DNA from: Cyanidioschyzon merolae
Lineage: Eukaryota
Length of the DNA stretch: 64,000 nt
Assembly (NCBI GenBank): GCA_000091205.1
Contig: AP006497.2
Strand: one strand, 5' to 3'
Every line of letters begins with the position of its first letter. Position 1 is the stretch's first letter. This document shows positions 9,796-19,945 of this stretch, one piece after another. A program made the position numbers and the translations under genes. Below the pieces are notes generated by a model. It saw nothing but the letters and a program-made list of their open reading frames with translations. It made no database searches and had not been told where the DNA came from.

Positions 9796-10966
9796 TGCTT
9801 CAGCACGCGCCCAGTCAAGTTCTTGGTGCTGGTCGAGCGTCTGTCTCTGGAGTTACCGCTTGTGTGAGGCGTTACGGGTAGCCTGCGGTGGCAACTTGAT
9901 CGAACCGTGCGCTCTCTGAGCAAAGCCTCCACTGGATACCTTCGGGCAACGCGAGCTGAGCGAAATGCAGCCACAAACTATCGTCTACGAACTTTGAAGC
10001 GACTCTGAGATAGGACCTAGCGACGCAGTTCACCCTGAAAAGTCGATGTTCGGTTGCGAGCAGGCAGAGCAGCTTGTTCAGTCTGATACGTCAGCAACTG
10101 CCTCTCTGGAATACACCTTTTATTGGCAGCGCTCCCTGATTATAAACACTGTTTGCAATCACCTCTCCAGATTTATGGGATGCACTCGTCACACTGGTTC
10201 TGTGGAGTCGCGTTCAGGCCGGTGCGCCAACAAGTGCCTCCCTGGACCAAACCGGTTATTGAGGGTGCTCGCCGATGAAACACACCGTTCGCAGTCGCTT
10301 TTCCAGATCTATAAGATGCACTTGTCAAACCTGTTCCCTCGAGTCGCGTTTCGCGCTGTGGCACTCCCTCGAGGAGGCAAGTGGTTGCGTAGGACACGAG
10401 GCCGCCTGCCGGTCGTTGCAACGTCTGGTACCCCGAGCGCGATACGATGCGTCTCGCGTGGCTCTGGAGCCGTGTGGAGCACCCGCCACCCAGCGACTGT
10501 GAGGCCGAAAGCCCAGCGATGCAGATCATCAGGAGTGCCGCTCAACCGGGATCATCGAACTTCATCTGATTCCGCTTCAGCTCAGTTAACTCCAATGAAT
10601 TCCAGTTTATCTCTTCTGACCTCATTCCATCTCAAATGATCCCACTCGTTGGGATAGCAAGGACGCTTGGTAATTTTGCAGGGTACGCATCAGGAATATA
10701 AGAGCTATCATGAATACTCATCACGAGAGGCACTTGGCGCTGGGAGAGTCCCACGAACGAATGAAAGGATCACCGGAGGCAAGTATAGGTCATGGCGAGT
10801 GGTCAGCAGAACGCTCGGGAGAGATCGTGAGGCGTCATCACGACTGCCTGCCCGGAAACCGATACGCGTCGTGCAGTTGGGAATCCCTGTTTGCTCTACG
10901 CGATGCAACGTCATGGTTATCCATCGAGGGTGGCGCTCGGGCTGGTCTACTGGAGCGCGTGCACGC

Positions 10967-10985
10967 ACGCACACACACACACACT
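10967..10985. repeat. (CA)n dinucleotide microsatellite, about 9 units
   Basis: Direct reading 'gcacgcacgcacacacacacacacac'. Confidence 0.8.
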
Positions 10986-11304
10986 TCGCAGTTTACCGCC
11001 TGATGATCATCGCCCAGGTACACCGTCAACCATCTACGTAGCGTGCACTTGCATCCGATTTCTTTCGTTTCCATACCCCATGACGCCTTTTCGAATGCAT
11101 TCTGCATCGACAACGACGAGCACACGAGTGACTGCAGCTGACGTTTCTCGCTTCCTATAACCCGAAACGCTCGGCAACGACGCATCTCTCGAGAGCATCG
11201 CCCGCAGCCTCGGAGCATCGCAGAGGACCTGATTGCATGCAACGATGCTAGTCCATAAACCGATGGAAAAGAATTGACCCTGTGTATGGGAGCATCTGCA
11301 GCTT

Positions 11305-11536
11305 GCAGCTCATATCCATCACAAGCATCTGTACGAACACCACCGGGTTGACTGCCACACGAAGCTCTCGGGGGTGCGCGGGCAGCTCATATCCATCACA
11401 AGCATCTGTACGAACACCACCGGGTTGACTGCCACACGAAGCTCTCGGGGGTGCGCGGGCAGCTCATATCCATCACAAGCATCTGTACGAACACCACCGG
11501 GTTGACTGCCACACGAAGCGCTCGGGGGTGCGCGGG
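11305..11536. repeat. 77-bp minisatellite, 3 tandem copies
   Basis: The unit 'gcagctcatatccatcacaagcatctgtacgaacaccaccgggttgactgccacacgaagctctcgggggtgcgcgg' starts at 11305, 11382 and 11459. Minus-strand ORFs 11319..11642 and 11396..11686 share identical C-terminal peptides, which is the expected artefact of such a repeat. Confidence 0.9.
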
Positions 11537-11740
11537 CGCTCGCGCTTTGCGTCCCGATCCGGCTGTGTGAAGCGAGGCGCTCGCGGGCGATACGCACGAC
11601 TGCCGAGTGTATCTCGACGGCTCGGGTGAGCGCGTGGAGCACTGTCGACCGCAGGTGACCATCGGGTGCAGCTTAGACCTGGTCAAAGTGTACGACGCAT
11701 ATACTCCATTACGCGTAGCGGTTGACGCTGACGGAATAAG

Positions 11741-13345
11741 ATGCTGACGTCAGCAGCTGACGACTTGTCGTCGGGATATCGGGAGGTAAGGGCGGAGCTG
11801 GGCGAAGCCTTTCGGAGTGGGGCAACACGCTCGCTTCGTTGGCGTGCAGCGCAGCTGGAAGCCCTGAAGCAGGCGCTAGTGGAACAGGAGCGCGCAATCA
11901 TCGCGGCATTAGCTGATGATCTCGGGAAGAGTGCTGAAGAGAGTCAGCTTACCGAGCTACAACCCGCACTCCAGGAACTAGCGTTGGCGCTGGGGAACCT
12001 GAAGCTCTGGGCTGGGCCCCGCACGGTAGAACCCTGCTTAGCACCCAAGTATCTGGCGCCGTGGTTCTGGTTGCAACGTGTTTGGCGCGCGGTGCTTCCT
12101 CGAGTACTGGGCGGTGGCAACCCGCCGGTGGCAAGTTACGGCGGCGTAGCACTGGCGACGATACTGGAGCGTCGCTGGGTCGTTCCTGAACCACTGGGCG
12201 TGGTGCTGATCATCACAGCCTGGAACTATCCTCTACTGCTTGCGATTTGGCATATGACAAGTGCTATCGCCGCTGGGAACTGTGTCGTCTTGAAACCAAG
12301 TGAACGTGCTCCTGCAACAGCAAAACTGCTGGCAGAGCTGGTGCGCACCTATCTCGATGCTCGCTGCATCCGAGTCGTGCTGGGCGATGCCAGCACTGTT
12401 CGGCGTCTGCTTCATCTGGATACCGAGTGTCCGGCGGATGTTGCGTTCCGCGTTTGGGCACAGCAGCGCCCTTTTGATGCGGTGCATTTCACGGGCGGCT
12501 GGAGGATTGGGCGTGAAATCGCACGCGCTTGTGCGGCCTACCTGATACCGTGCACGCTCGAACTGGGCGGTAAGAATCCGCTTGTGGTGGACTGTGCATC
12601 GCTGTCCGAGCGAGACTTGGCTCGGGTTGCCCGAACGACCGCATGGGCCAAGTTACTGAACGTGGGTCAGACGTGCATCGCCCCGGATTATGTGGTTCTA
12701 TGCGGTGCAGACCGGGCACAGGAGGCGTTCTTCATAGAAGAGATGTGGAAATCGATTGAAGCATTCTACGGGAGGCCAGTGGAAAACAGCACGACCTTCC
12801 CACGGATCGTGAGCAAGGCACATACCGCCCGTCTGGCGGACCTGCTCCAACAAAGCCGTGGTGAGGTTGTGTTCGGTGGAACCCACCGAGAGAATGACTG
12901 CTTTTTCACGCCGACCATTGTGCGCAATGTGACTCTGGATGATGCGCTGATGGCGGAGGAGATTTTCGGGCCGATACTGGTTGTTCTGCAGCCGTGTGCT
13001 GGTACCGAACAAGCGCTCGAGGTGATCGGGAGTCTACCATCTCCGCTGGTAGTCTATCTAATGTCTCGTGACGCTGCTGTGGTGCAGCGTTTTGAACGGG
13101 CATCCACCTCTGGATCGCTTGTCGTGAATGATCTGCTGGGTCAGGTAATCTCGCCGGGTCTTCCGTTTGGCGGGGTCGGCGCTTCTGGATACGGCAAGTC
13201 CAAAGGTCAAGCGGGGTTCGATGCGTTCTCGAACCTCAAGAGTGTCCTCTGCAAACCGATATGGATAGAGCGAATAGCGAGTGATCGCTACCATCCACTA
13301 ACCGCTACCAAGATCAGTCGTTTTCGTCGCTTAATCGCGCTCTGA
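11741..13345 (+). CDS. Aldehyde dehydrogenase, ALDH3/fatty-aldehyde-dehydrogenase type (534 aa)
   Basis: Catalytic Glu motif 'TLELGGKNPLVV' (nt about 12560-12580). Catalytic Cys motif 'NVGQTCIAPDYVV' (nt about 12665-12690). Rossmann region 'GGWRIGREIARA'. C-terminal 'EEIFGPIL' fits the ALDH superfamily. Confidence 0.9.
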   Translation: MLTSAADDLSSGYREVRAELGEAFRSGATRSLRWRAAQLEALKQALVEQERAIIAALADDLGKSAEESQLTELQPALQELALALGNLKLWAGPRTVEPCLAPKYLAPWFWLQRVWRAVLPRVLGGGNPPVASYGGVALATILERRWVVPEPLGVVLIITAWNYPLLLAIWHMTSAIAAGNCVVLKPSERAPATAKLLAELVRTYLDARCIRVVLGDASTVRRLLHLDTECPADVAFRVWAQQRPFDAVHFTGGWRIGREIARACAAYLIPCTLELGGKNPLVVDCASLSERDLARVARTTAWAKLLNVGQTCIAPDYVVLCGADRAQEAFFIEEMWKSIEAFYGRPVENSTTFPRIVSKAHTARLADLLQQSRGEVVFGGTHRENDCFFTPTIVRNVTLDDALMAEEIFGPILVVLQPCAGTEQALEVIGSLPSPLVVYLMSRDAAVVQRFERASTSGSLVVNDLLGQVISPGLPFGGVGASGYGKSKGQAGFDAFSNLKSVLCKPIWIERIASDRYHPLTATKISRFRRLIAL

Positions 13346-14625
13346 GACTCGAGCGCGGACTCGCGGTAAACACGCGATGTGCTCAGGATACGTCCGAGAG
13401 CGCCCGAATGTTTTCGTCGGTGGACAATATCGGGGACCTTGGTGGATGGAAACGGGTGCATTGACAAATCGAGCTACACGTATCGCCGCGGCATCGATTC
13501 TGAATCGTTTGGGCTGCACTGCGGCCATCGGGTCGTTACGTTGTGCGAAATACCGGTGTGTATGGCGTCGATGACGGACTACCGCGTCGCTTAGGGCGTA
13601 TTCGAAGACGGTCTGTTCTGATGCGCCACTGGCATCCGGTCTTGCGGTGTCGTTCCAGCGGGAGCACTTCGAGCGCCATCTAGCGTTTCACGCGAGCTGC
13701 ACCGCATGCTTCCTCATCCTATCGTCCATGCAGCGTTTACGCATTCTTCCGAAACTGTTGCTGCTGCGCTGCTGAATGCCATTTTCGTGAGACGACGCTG
13801 TGGGTATCGCGCACCGCTCCACCCGTGTCGGATGAAAATGGAAGCCTGAACTGCTGGCGCCTTGCCTGCTTATCGGTTTTTTCCCGATTGCACATAGATC
13901 TACAACCTTGACGTTCGATATGCAGCAATCAGGGTATACGATTGCATTTGTAGTTTGAGGATTCTCGGTCGTTTTTTTTCGGAGACGCTCCTTCGACGCT
14001 TTGCCGCTGCCGTTGGTGACGTCGTCGCCATCACGATGATTCTCGACGCGTTCGAACGAGACTTTTTAAATTCAATGACGTCTTTGTCGAATTCATATGT
14101 GCAAGCCTCGACTTGTCTCGTTTTCTCGCGCATGCGATAATCAAATCAAACATGCTATCAGTTTTCGATTCTTCTGTTCCTGTGCAACTCATGGGTGCAG
14201 CAATTCGCGCCGATGAACTGACGACGAAGAAAAAGTCGACGCTGTCCCATGGTCACTTGTTCACAAGCTCTTGCCAACGGTTCACTGAAGTGTTCATGTC
14301 AAAAAATCGATTCCGTTTGAAAGAAAAATCCTCTTCTCAATGTAACCATTGACGGAGCTGCGTTCAACATCCATAGGATATCTCTAACGGGATTCGCAGG
14401 TAAAGAATCCGGTCCTTCGGACTTGTATGTAAGCTGGTGCAGAACATGAGTCATCGCGGTGATCGCTTGCAGTCGAGTGTGCATCATCGCTTTTGAGCGA
14501 AGGGTGCGCCAACGGATCGAAAGTCCTCGACGTGTTCCCCAGCCGTGAATTGCAGTTCGGTACTAGATTCATCACGATTCACATCGTGCGCCATGCATGC
14601 TTTACCGAATGGCATAGCGTTCTGT

Positions 14626-15567
14626 TTACACATGCAACCTGAAGAGCATGCGCAGAGCGCGCTCGCCCAGGAGCAGCACGTCATTGCAGGAGACGGCTCT
14701 GGGCATGGAAACGGAGCAAGGCATGGTAGGGAGCCCTCTGGATCCGTCAAGGGCATGTAACGAGCGATGAAGCGAGCCTTGACGTGCTGCAGGACGGCGC
14801 TCGAAAGATGAAGAGGTGTGTTGGATACATAAGTGCACTTGACAGCATGCACATGTTACCGCTTTGAAGCGCGCACCGGGCTCTACACAAAAGGAAACGA
14901 AAACGACAAGCGAAGCGTAACGCAACTTTCGTCTGTGTATAAAATGCGCCGTTGACAGCAACCGGAATCGGGGAAAGCGGAGCTTGAACGCCTCCAGCAA
15001 CATGCTTCGACTGCTGACAACGGAGCTTGAGGAAAACCCGAAACCAATGTATTCAGACCTTGATCTATGAGAGCACGAAAAGGAAGCACTCACAGCACAG
15101 TCCCGCAACATCTGGTTTTGATGACAGCCGCAAGAGCCCTCGACTTGCGTGCATACGCCCGAGATCGCCGCGTGCACCTCTTCCAAGTTCACGCTGACAC
15201 AGGCGTCGTCTAGGTGCTCGAGGACGGCATTGCTCTGCCCGCAAGCCGCATGCCCATGCAGTGCATACAAGCTCTTCCAAATCGTCACCTGTACGTAAAA
15301 ACAATACCAGCATTTCTCTATGGAGATTACGGTCACTATCGTTTCCGAGGCAAGTGCGTTGTCTCCATCTGCAGGAACGCTGGGGGCGCTCCCTTCTGGC
15401 TGCTCGATCGCTCGCCTCGCCCGGTGCGGGAAACTTATACCGGCCGCTTTGGCAACCAGCGGCGCGAGCGCAGCCCAACGTCGCCGCTGGCGTTGCGCTT
15501 GCTGCTGGTCAGGCCTGGAACTACTTCCAGGCAGCGGCACGAACCTCCGGGCGCCTGCAGAAGACAC
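14626..15567 (-). CDS. Hypothetical ORF (313 aa), low-complexity, with no recognisable domain; may not be a real gene
   Basis: This is the longest ORF in the 13.4-15.8 kb gap. Its only support is length and a Cys/His-rich segment 'CGQSNAVLEHLDDACVSVNLEEVHAAISGVCTQVEGSCGCHQNQ'. I see no conserved motif. Confidence 0.15.
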   Translation of the reverse strand: MSSAGARRFVPLPGSSSRPDQQQAQRQRRRWAALAPLVAKAAGISFPHRARRAIEQPEGSAPSVPADGDNALASETIVTVISIEKCWYCFYVQVTIWKSLYALHGHAACGQSNAVLEHLDDACVSVNLEEVHAAISGVCTQVEGSCGCHQNQMLRDCAVSASFSCSHRSRSEYIGFGFSSSSVVSSRSMLLEAFKLRFPRFRLLSTAHFIHRRKLRYASLVVFVSFCVEPGARFKAVTCACCQVHLCIQHTSSSFERRPAARQGSLHRSLHALDGSRGLPTMPCSVSMPRAVSCNDVLLLGERALRMLFRLHV

Positions 15568-15895
15568 GCATCACTATCGTTCGTCTTCGTAAGTCTTTTA
15601 TTGGATATAAAGGCATCAGATCAGGCGTGCGCAGGTGATTACTGTACATAACGGCCATATGTGATGCTGGTGCGCGCACGCGTTTTTCCAGCAGCGCTCC
15701 TTCGCCGCCGTTTGACGATACCGGCCGCTGACGGGCGCGACACGTGTCCACAAGCGCTCAGGGAGCGCGTGTCCATACGACCTGGCGGTGCCGATTTACA
15801 GGGCGCGCGTTCATGCTGCGGCAGGTGAGAGCGCTTTAGAACAATCCTCGTGTGCTGCGTCCGAGGTCCTGCGTTCGAGTCGTGGACAGCGTGCG

Positions 15896-16897
15896 TCAAT
15901 GACAGAGTGCTACACACTAACACGGCGCGTAGTCCGTGCACACAACCATGAAAACGACGCCTGGGTGATCGTTCGTGGTGGTGTCTATGACGTGACGGGG
16001 TTCTTGCGGTACCACCCGGGCGGGCGGGACGTCCTCTTGAAGCGTTTGGGCGAGGACGTCACCAGTGTTATGAACGGCGAGCTCAAAGGTGGTCACGAGC
16101 ACTCCAGTGCGGCGTATAAAATTCTGCAGCAGTACTACGTAGGCCCGCTGGCTGACGCGGACGCTTCTCCCGCAGAGGCAGCCGCCCTAGACGGCACGCT
16201 GGACGAGCACGGTAGACCGCTGGTCGACTTTAGTAAGCCGCTTCTGGACCAGGTTGGTAAGCTTGGGGATAAGTATCACCGCTGGGTGCATTCTTTTCCG
16301 ACCAGCGACCATCATGTGGCCCTTTTCGCGAACCCGACGCTCGAGTCACTGACAAAGTGTCCCTGGTACGTGCCGCTAGTGTTCTGGATTCCGATCTTTG
16401 TCTGCGGGCTGTGGTTTGTGTTTGCGCGCCTCGGTTGCTCGTTTGTTCGAGATTTCCTACCGTTCACGACGTTTGGCTATATATTTTGGATGTTCTTCGA
16501 ATATCTGTTACATCGATATGTATTTCACGTGCGGACCGGGACGTACTGGTCGAATATCTTTCATTTTCTTATTCATGGACATCACCACCTGGCGCCGATG
16601 GATTATGATCGACTCGTGTTTCCACCGATTCCCGCAGCGCTCGTCTCGATGCCGGTATGGCTGACTGCACCTCGAGTGTTTGGTCTCGTGCGCGGACTGT
16701 GCTTCCTTTTTGGATTCGGTGTTGGGTACCTTCAGTACGACATGACACACTTTCTGGTGCATTATGGAACGCTACGTACGGGGTTCTTAGCCGCTCAGAA
16801 ACGGCGGCACATGATACACCATTTCAAAGCACCAGGGGCGAATTTTGGTATCAGTGTTCCCGTGCTGGACATTGTGTTCGGGACATTGCACCGGTAA
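15896..16897 (+). CDS. Fatty-acid 2-hydroxylase-like (FA2H/Scs7-type) with an N-terminal cytochrome b5 domain
   Basis: Cyt-b5 heme motif 'VYDVTGFLRYHPGGRDVL' (nt about 16005-16030). Membrane His-box motifs of the fatty-acid hydroxylase superfamily: 'HGHHHLAP' (nt about 16575), 'HFLVHYG', 'HMIHHF'. The ORF track starts at 15788, but the first Met before the b5 domain is at 15896 ('MTECYTL'). Confidence 0.8.
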   Translation, partial: SMTECYTLTRRVVRAHNHENDAWVIVRGGVYDVTGFLRYHPGGRDVLLKRLGEDVTSVMNGELKGGHEHSSAAYKILQQYYVGPLADADASPAEAAALDGTLDEHGRPLVDFSKPLLDQVGKLGDKYHRWVHSFPTSDHHVALFANPTLESLTKCPWYVPLVFWIPIFVCGLWFVFARLGCSFVRDFLPFTTFGYIFWMFFEYLLHRYVFHVRTGTYWSNIFHFLIHGHHHLAPMDYDRLVFPPIPAALVSMPVWLTAPRVFGLVRGLCFLFGFGVGYLQYDMTHFLVHYGTLRTGFLAAQKRRHMIHHFKAPGANFGISVPVLDIVFGTLHR

Positions 16898-19591
16898 CAA
16901 CCACTGGTTTTCGCACACGCCTGCATGGACGAGCATGCCAACGAGAAGTGCGGTATTTCTGGACGGCGCGTCGAGCGCAGCGTGATGGATACCCACGGGC
17001 GGCTTGCGATGCTCGTATGGAGTCAAGCGTGCCTTGAAAGAGAGGTGTTTTTCTGGTTTGCTTGGTAACATCCATACGAAAACAAATTCATGATACAAAC
17101 GCACCTGAGTGTTAGATAGCTGATGAGCTGCTAGCAGACTGCTTTTGTATTCTTGCGAGCTGCGTTCCGCGCGGGCCCGTGCACCTGCACAGTAATTAGC
17201 CTCTCCTATGGGCGTGTGGTCCCCGCTCCACGTGCGACATACAGCCTGCGCGCTTTGGGCATTGCGGTTGCGGGTATCAGTTTGCTTGGTGGTGCCTGTC
17301 CGGAGACTTGCTTCTCGGGTATGGTGAGGTAACGCAGGTTTTCACCTGCTTCTGCCGCCGCTGTCGCACACCAAGGATGGACGCTACAATCACATCTTTG
17401 TAAAAGATTTGCTGTGCCCGATCACCGCGGACCTCGTTGACATGGTGCTTTGGAGTAATGACAGAGGAATCCACGCTGTTGTGGACGCCGGGTTCTGCAG
17501 CCCCTCCGAGCGCCTGCTGTTGGCCGGTCGCTGGAACGAACGCGCAGAAGCCGCTAGCCTTGGCGGGCCCATAGTTGGACAGCTTCTTGTCAGTCGATTC
17601 GTCGCTAAAGATGCCAGCATTCTCGAGTACGCGAGAACCTCGCATCGATATCCATGGGCGTTTATTACCGGCGACGATTCTGCTGAACAGGGCTGGTGGG
17701 ACTTGTTCCATGTCCCAGTATCGTACCACCAAACAGTTGAATTTCTCCTCGTACTGCTGTTCATGTGCAGATACAGCTCATTGACTCGGATGATCCAAGC
17801 AGATGTGCACCCGCGCGAGCACCTCGTGGAGTGGAAGAATAGGGGAAACCCCCAGCACATGTGCTCGCGACCCTATGTAAACCCGAGGGATGGGTGCAGC
17901 GATCGACGCTCTTCACCAGCGCCGAACGCTCCCTTGAACCTAGGATAAATACACAGCGGTGTTCAGAAGAGACTGGATCTGGGTTCTAGTGATTGATAGC
18001 GTCTCCGCACGCGTTCCATGCCAGCTCGTTTCCTCGGTGCGGTACGTGGAGAGAAGATCGCCACGATCGCTTGCAGTGGTGGTATCGGCGGCGCGCCTGC
18101 GGATAGACTCGGGTGAGGTCGCTGCGAAAAGCTCGAAAAGTCGCGCGTTGCTACCCGGCCCGTTGCCGCAATCCCGTACCGTGGTGTGAGACGTCGTCTA
18201 GACTCGTGTCAGAATCAAATGGAAGAGGTCCTTTTTTCGCGAAAACTAAGGTGTGCACGCTAAAATTTTGGTCTCTTTCCATTGTCATGAACAGAAGTCT
18301 TGTTGGCTTTTTCTGCAACTGCTTGCTGTTCCCCTCTCTGCTCCGTGGCTCTGAATACACCGCGATCTGCTCTGCCTTCAGCTCCGTTGTACGTTGTCGA
18401 AGGATATTGCTCGAAACGATCATGTCCCGATATCGCCATGTTCAGCTGTTGTCGACGCTTTACACACATAGAGAAATGTTACGATCCTCGCATTGCTTTC
18501 CATTTTCAATTTTGGTTGTATAGGGCACCGGTATGCGCTTCGCGGCGGTCGCATTTGGCCGTGGCCAGGTGCTCCCGGATGTTCAAGGATCCTCCTACTC
18601 CGCCTCCGAGCGCAGCCCCGTAACGCGTGAACTCTTGCATCAGCGCTCGGTACTTGTCACGGAGAGGAAAAGAAGGCCTCCGGCGATTTGCCCCTCAAGT
18701 GCGGCGCCCGGTGCCATAAACCACGTTCATGAGCGTATCCTAGTCGAACTCTTCGACGGGTACTCTGTCCGGTGCACTTGCAAGCGCACGTTATTCGCTT
18801 CGATGGAGCATTTGCGCATCGCGATCTTGTCGCTGGCGAAACAAACACCCGCAGGAAAATCCAGACATGAGCAGGACCCGAGCTGTTTCGATCGTTCAAT
18901 GCTCGCTTGATGCAAAGCGGTGTCGCACGCGCAGCTGGAAGCAGCTTCCGTGATGACTGGAGTCCGAGTTCATAATGCATTCCCATGAAAGCAGAACAGA
19001 TAAAAGCTTCTGGAGGCATGTCCCGTCAGCGATATTCTGCTGCTTCTAAGTTCGGTTTCGTAGAAAGCCAAAAAGACAGGAAGAAATATCTTTCAAACGG
19101 AATCGATGATTGAGCATGAAAAGTTTCACGAACATGCGGCATGAGCTTGAGAACAGGTAGTCAAGACCGATGTAGAGGTTTTTTGCTTTGCAAGCCCAGC
19201 GACCCCAATTGCTGCGCCCACAAACTGCCTCGAAACAGACAGGTCGAATACTTGGAAGATTCATGATTCGAGCATGCTCCACACAACGAAAGGAGAAGAG
19301 CGGATTCTCGCACATTTGAACTGGATCATGATTTCTTTGATTTTACGAACCCTAGTTCTCGGATATCGCGACTCTTGTTGGTTCTGGTGACGTTCCGTTC
19401 TCCTGTACCAATGCATCGAAACAGGCACTCCGCGAACACGACAGAGAATACTAGGGAACTACGTATCAGTGCATAGGTCCTCATCATTACATGATGGAAG
19501 TCCAGGATGTCCTTCTATAAAGCTATGAAAACATTCTACTTGCAACAAAGAACACCCTGCTCCGTGTTCCATTTTAAACTGGCACAGTAGG

Positions 19592-19828
19592 AATACTAGC
19601 AAGCAATGGGATGCTTCTCGGCACCTTATAGCGCACCCGAGTACCTCACCTGCCATGATCCAGTCACCGCAATACTAGCAAGCAATAGGATGCTTCTCGG
19701 CACCTTATAGCGCACCCGAGTACCTCACCTGCCATGATCCAGTCACCGCAATACTAGCAAGCAATAGGATGCTTCTCGGCACCTTATAGCGCACCCGAGT
19801 ACCTCACCTGCCATGATCCAGTCACCGC
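19592..19828. repeat. 79-bp minisatellite, 3 tandem copies
   Basis: Unit 'aatactagcaagcaatRggatgcttctcggcaccttatagcgcacccgagtacctcacctgccatgatccagtcaccgc' at 19592, 19671 and 19750, with one G/A difference between copies. Confidence 0.9.
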
Positions 19829-19868
19829 AACAGCGTCGTCGCTGCCCTGCGCGATGCTGCACCAAAGA

Positions 19869-19888
19869 GCGCGCGCGCGCGCGCGCGC
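19869..19888. repeat. (GC)10 alternating purine-pyrimidine tract with Z-DNA potential, 58 bp upstream of the MYSM1-like start codon
   Basis: Direct reading 'gagcgcgcgcgcgcgcgcgcgcgg'. Confidence 0.85.
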
Positions 19889-19945
19889 GGATCGCCTTAC
19901 TACTGCGCGCTCGCTTTTACCTAGACCCAAGGCGAAACTAGTGAG

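Larger units (their letters stand above)
9796..11740. promoter_or_regulatory. 1.9-kb divergent intergenic region, putatively a bidirectional promoter, between the TPP-enzyme gene (−) and the ALDH gene (+)
   Basis: Both flanking ORFs start here, on opposite strands. The region contains (CA)n at 10967-10985 and a 77-bp ×3 minisatellite at 11305-11536. No specific promoter motifs identified. Confidence 0.3.
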
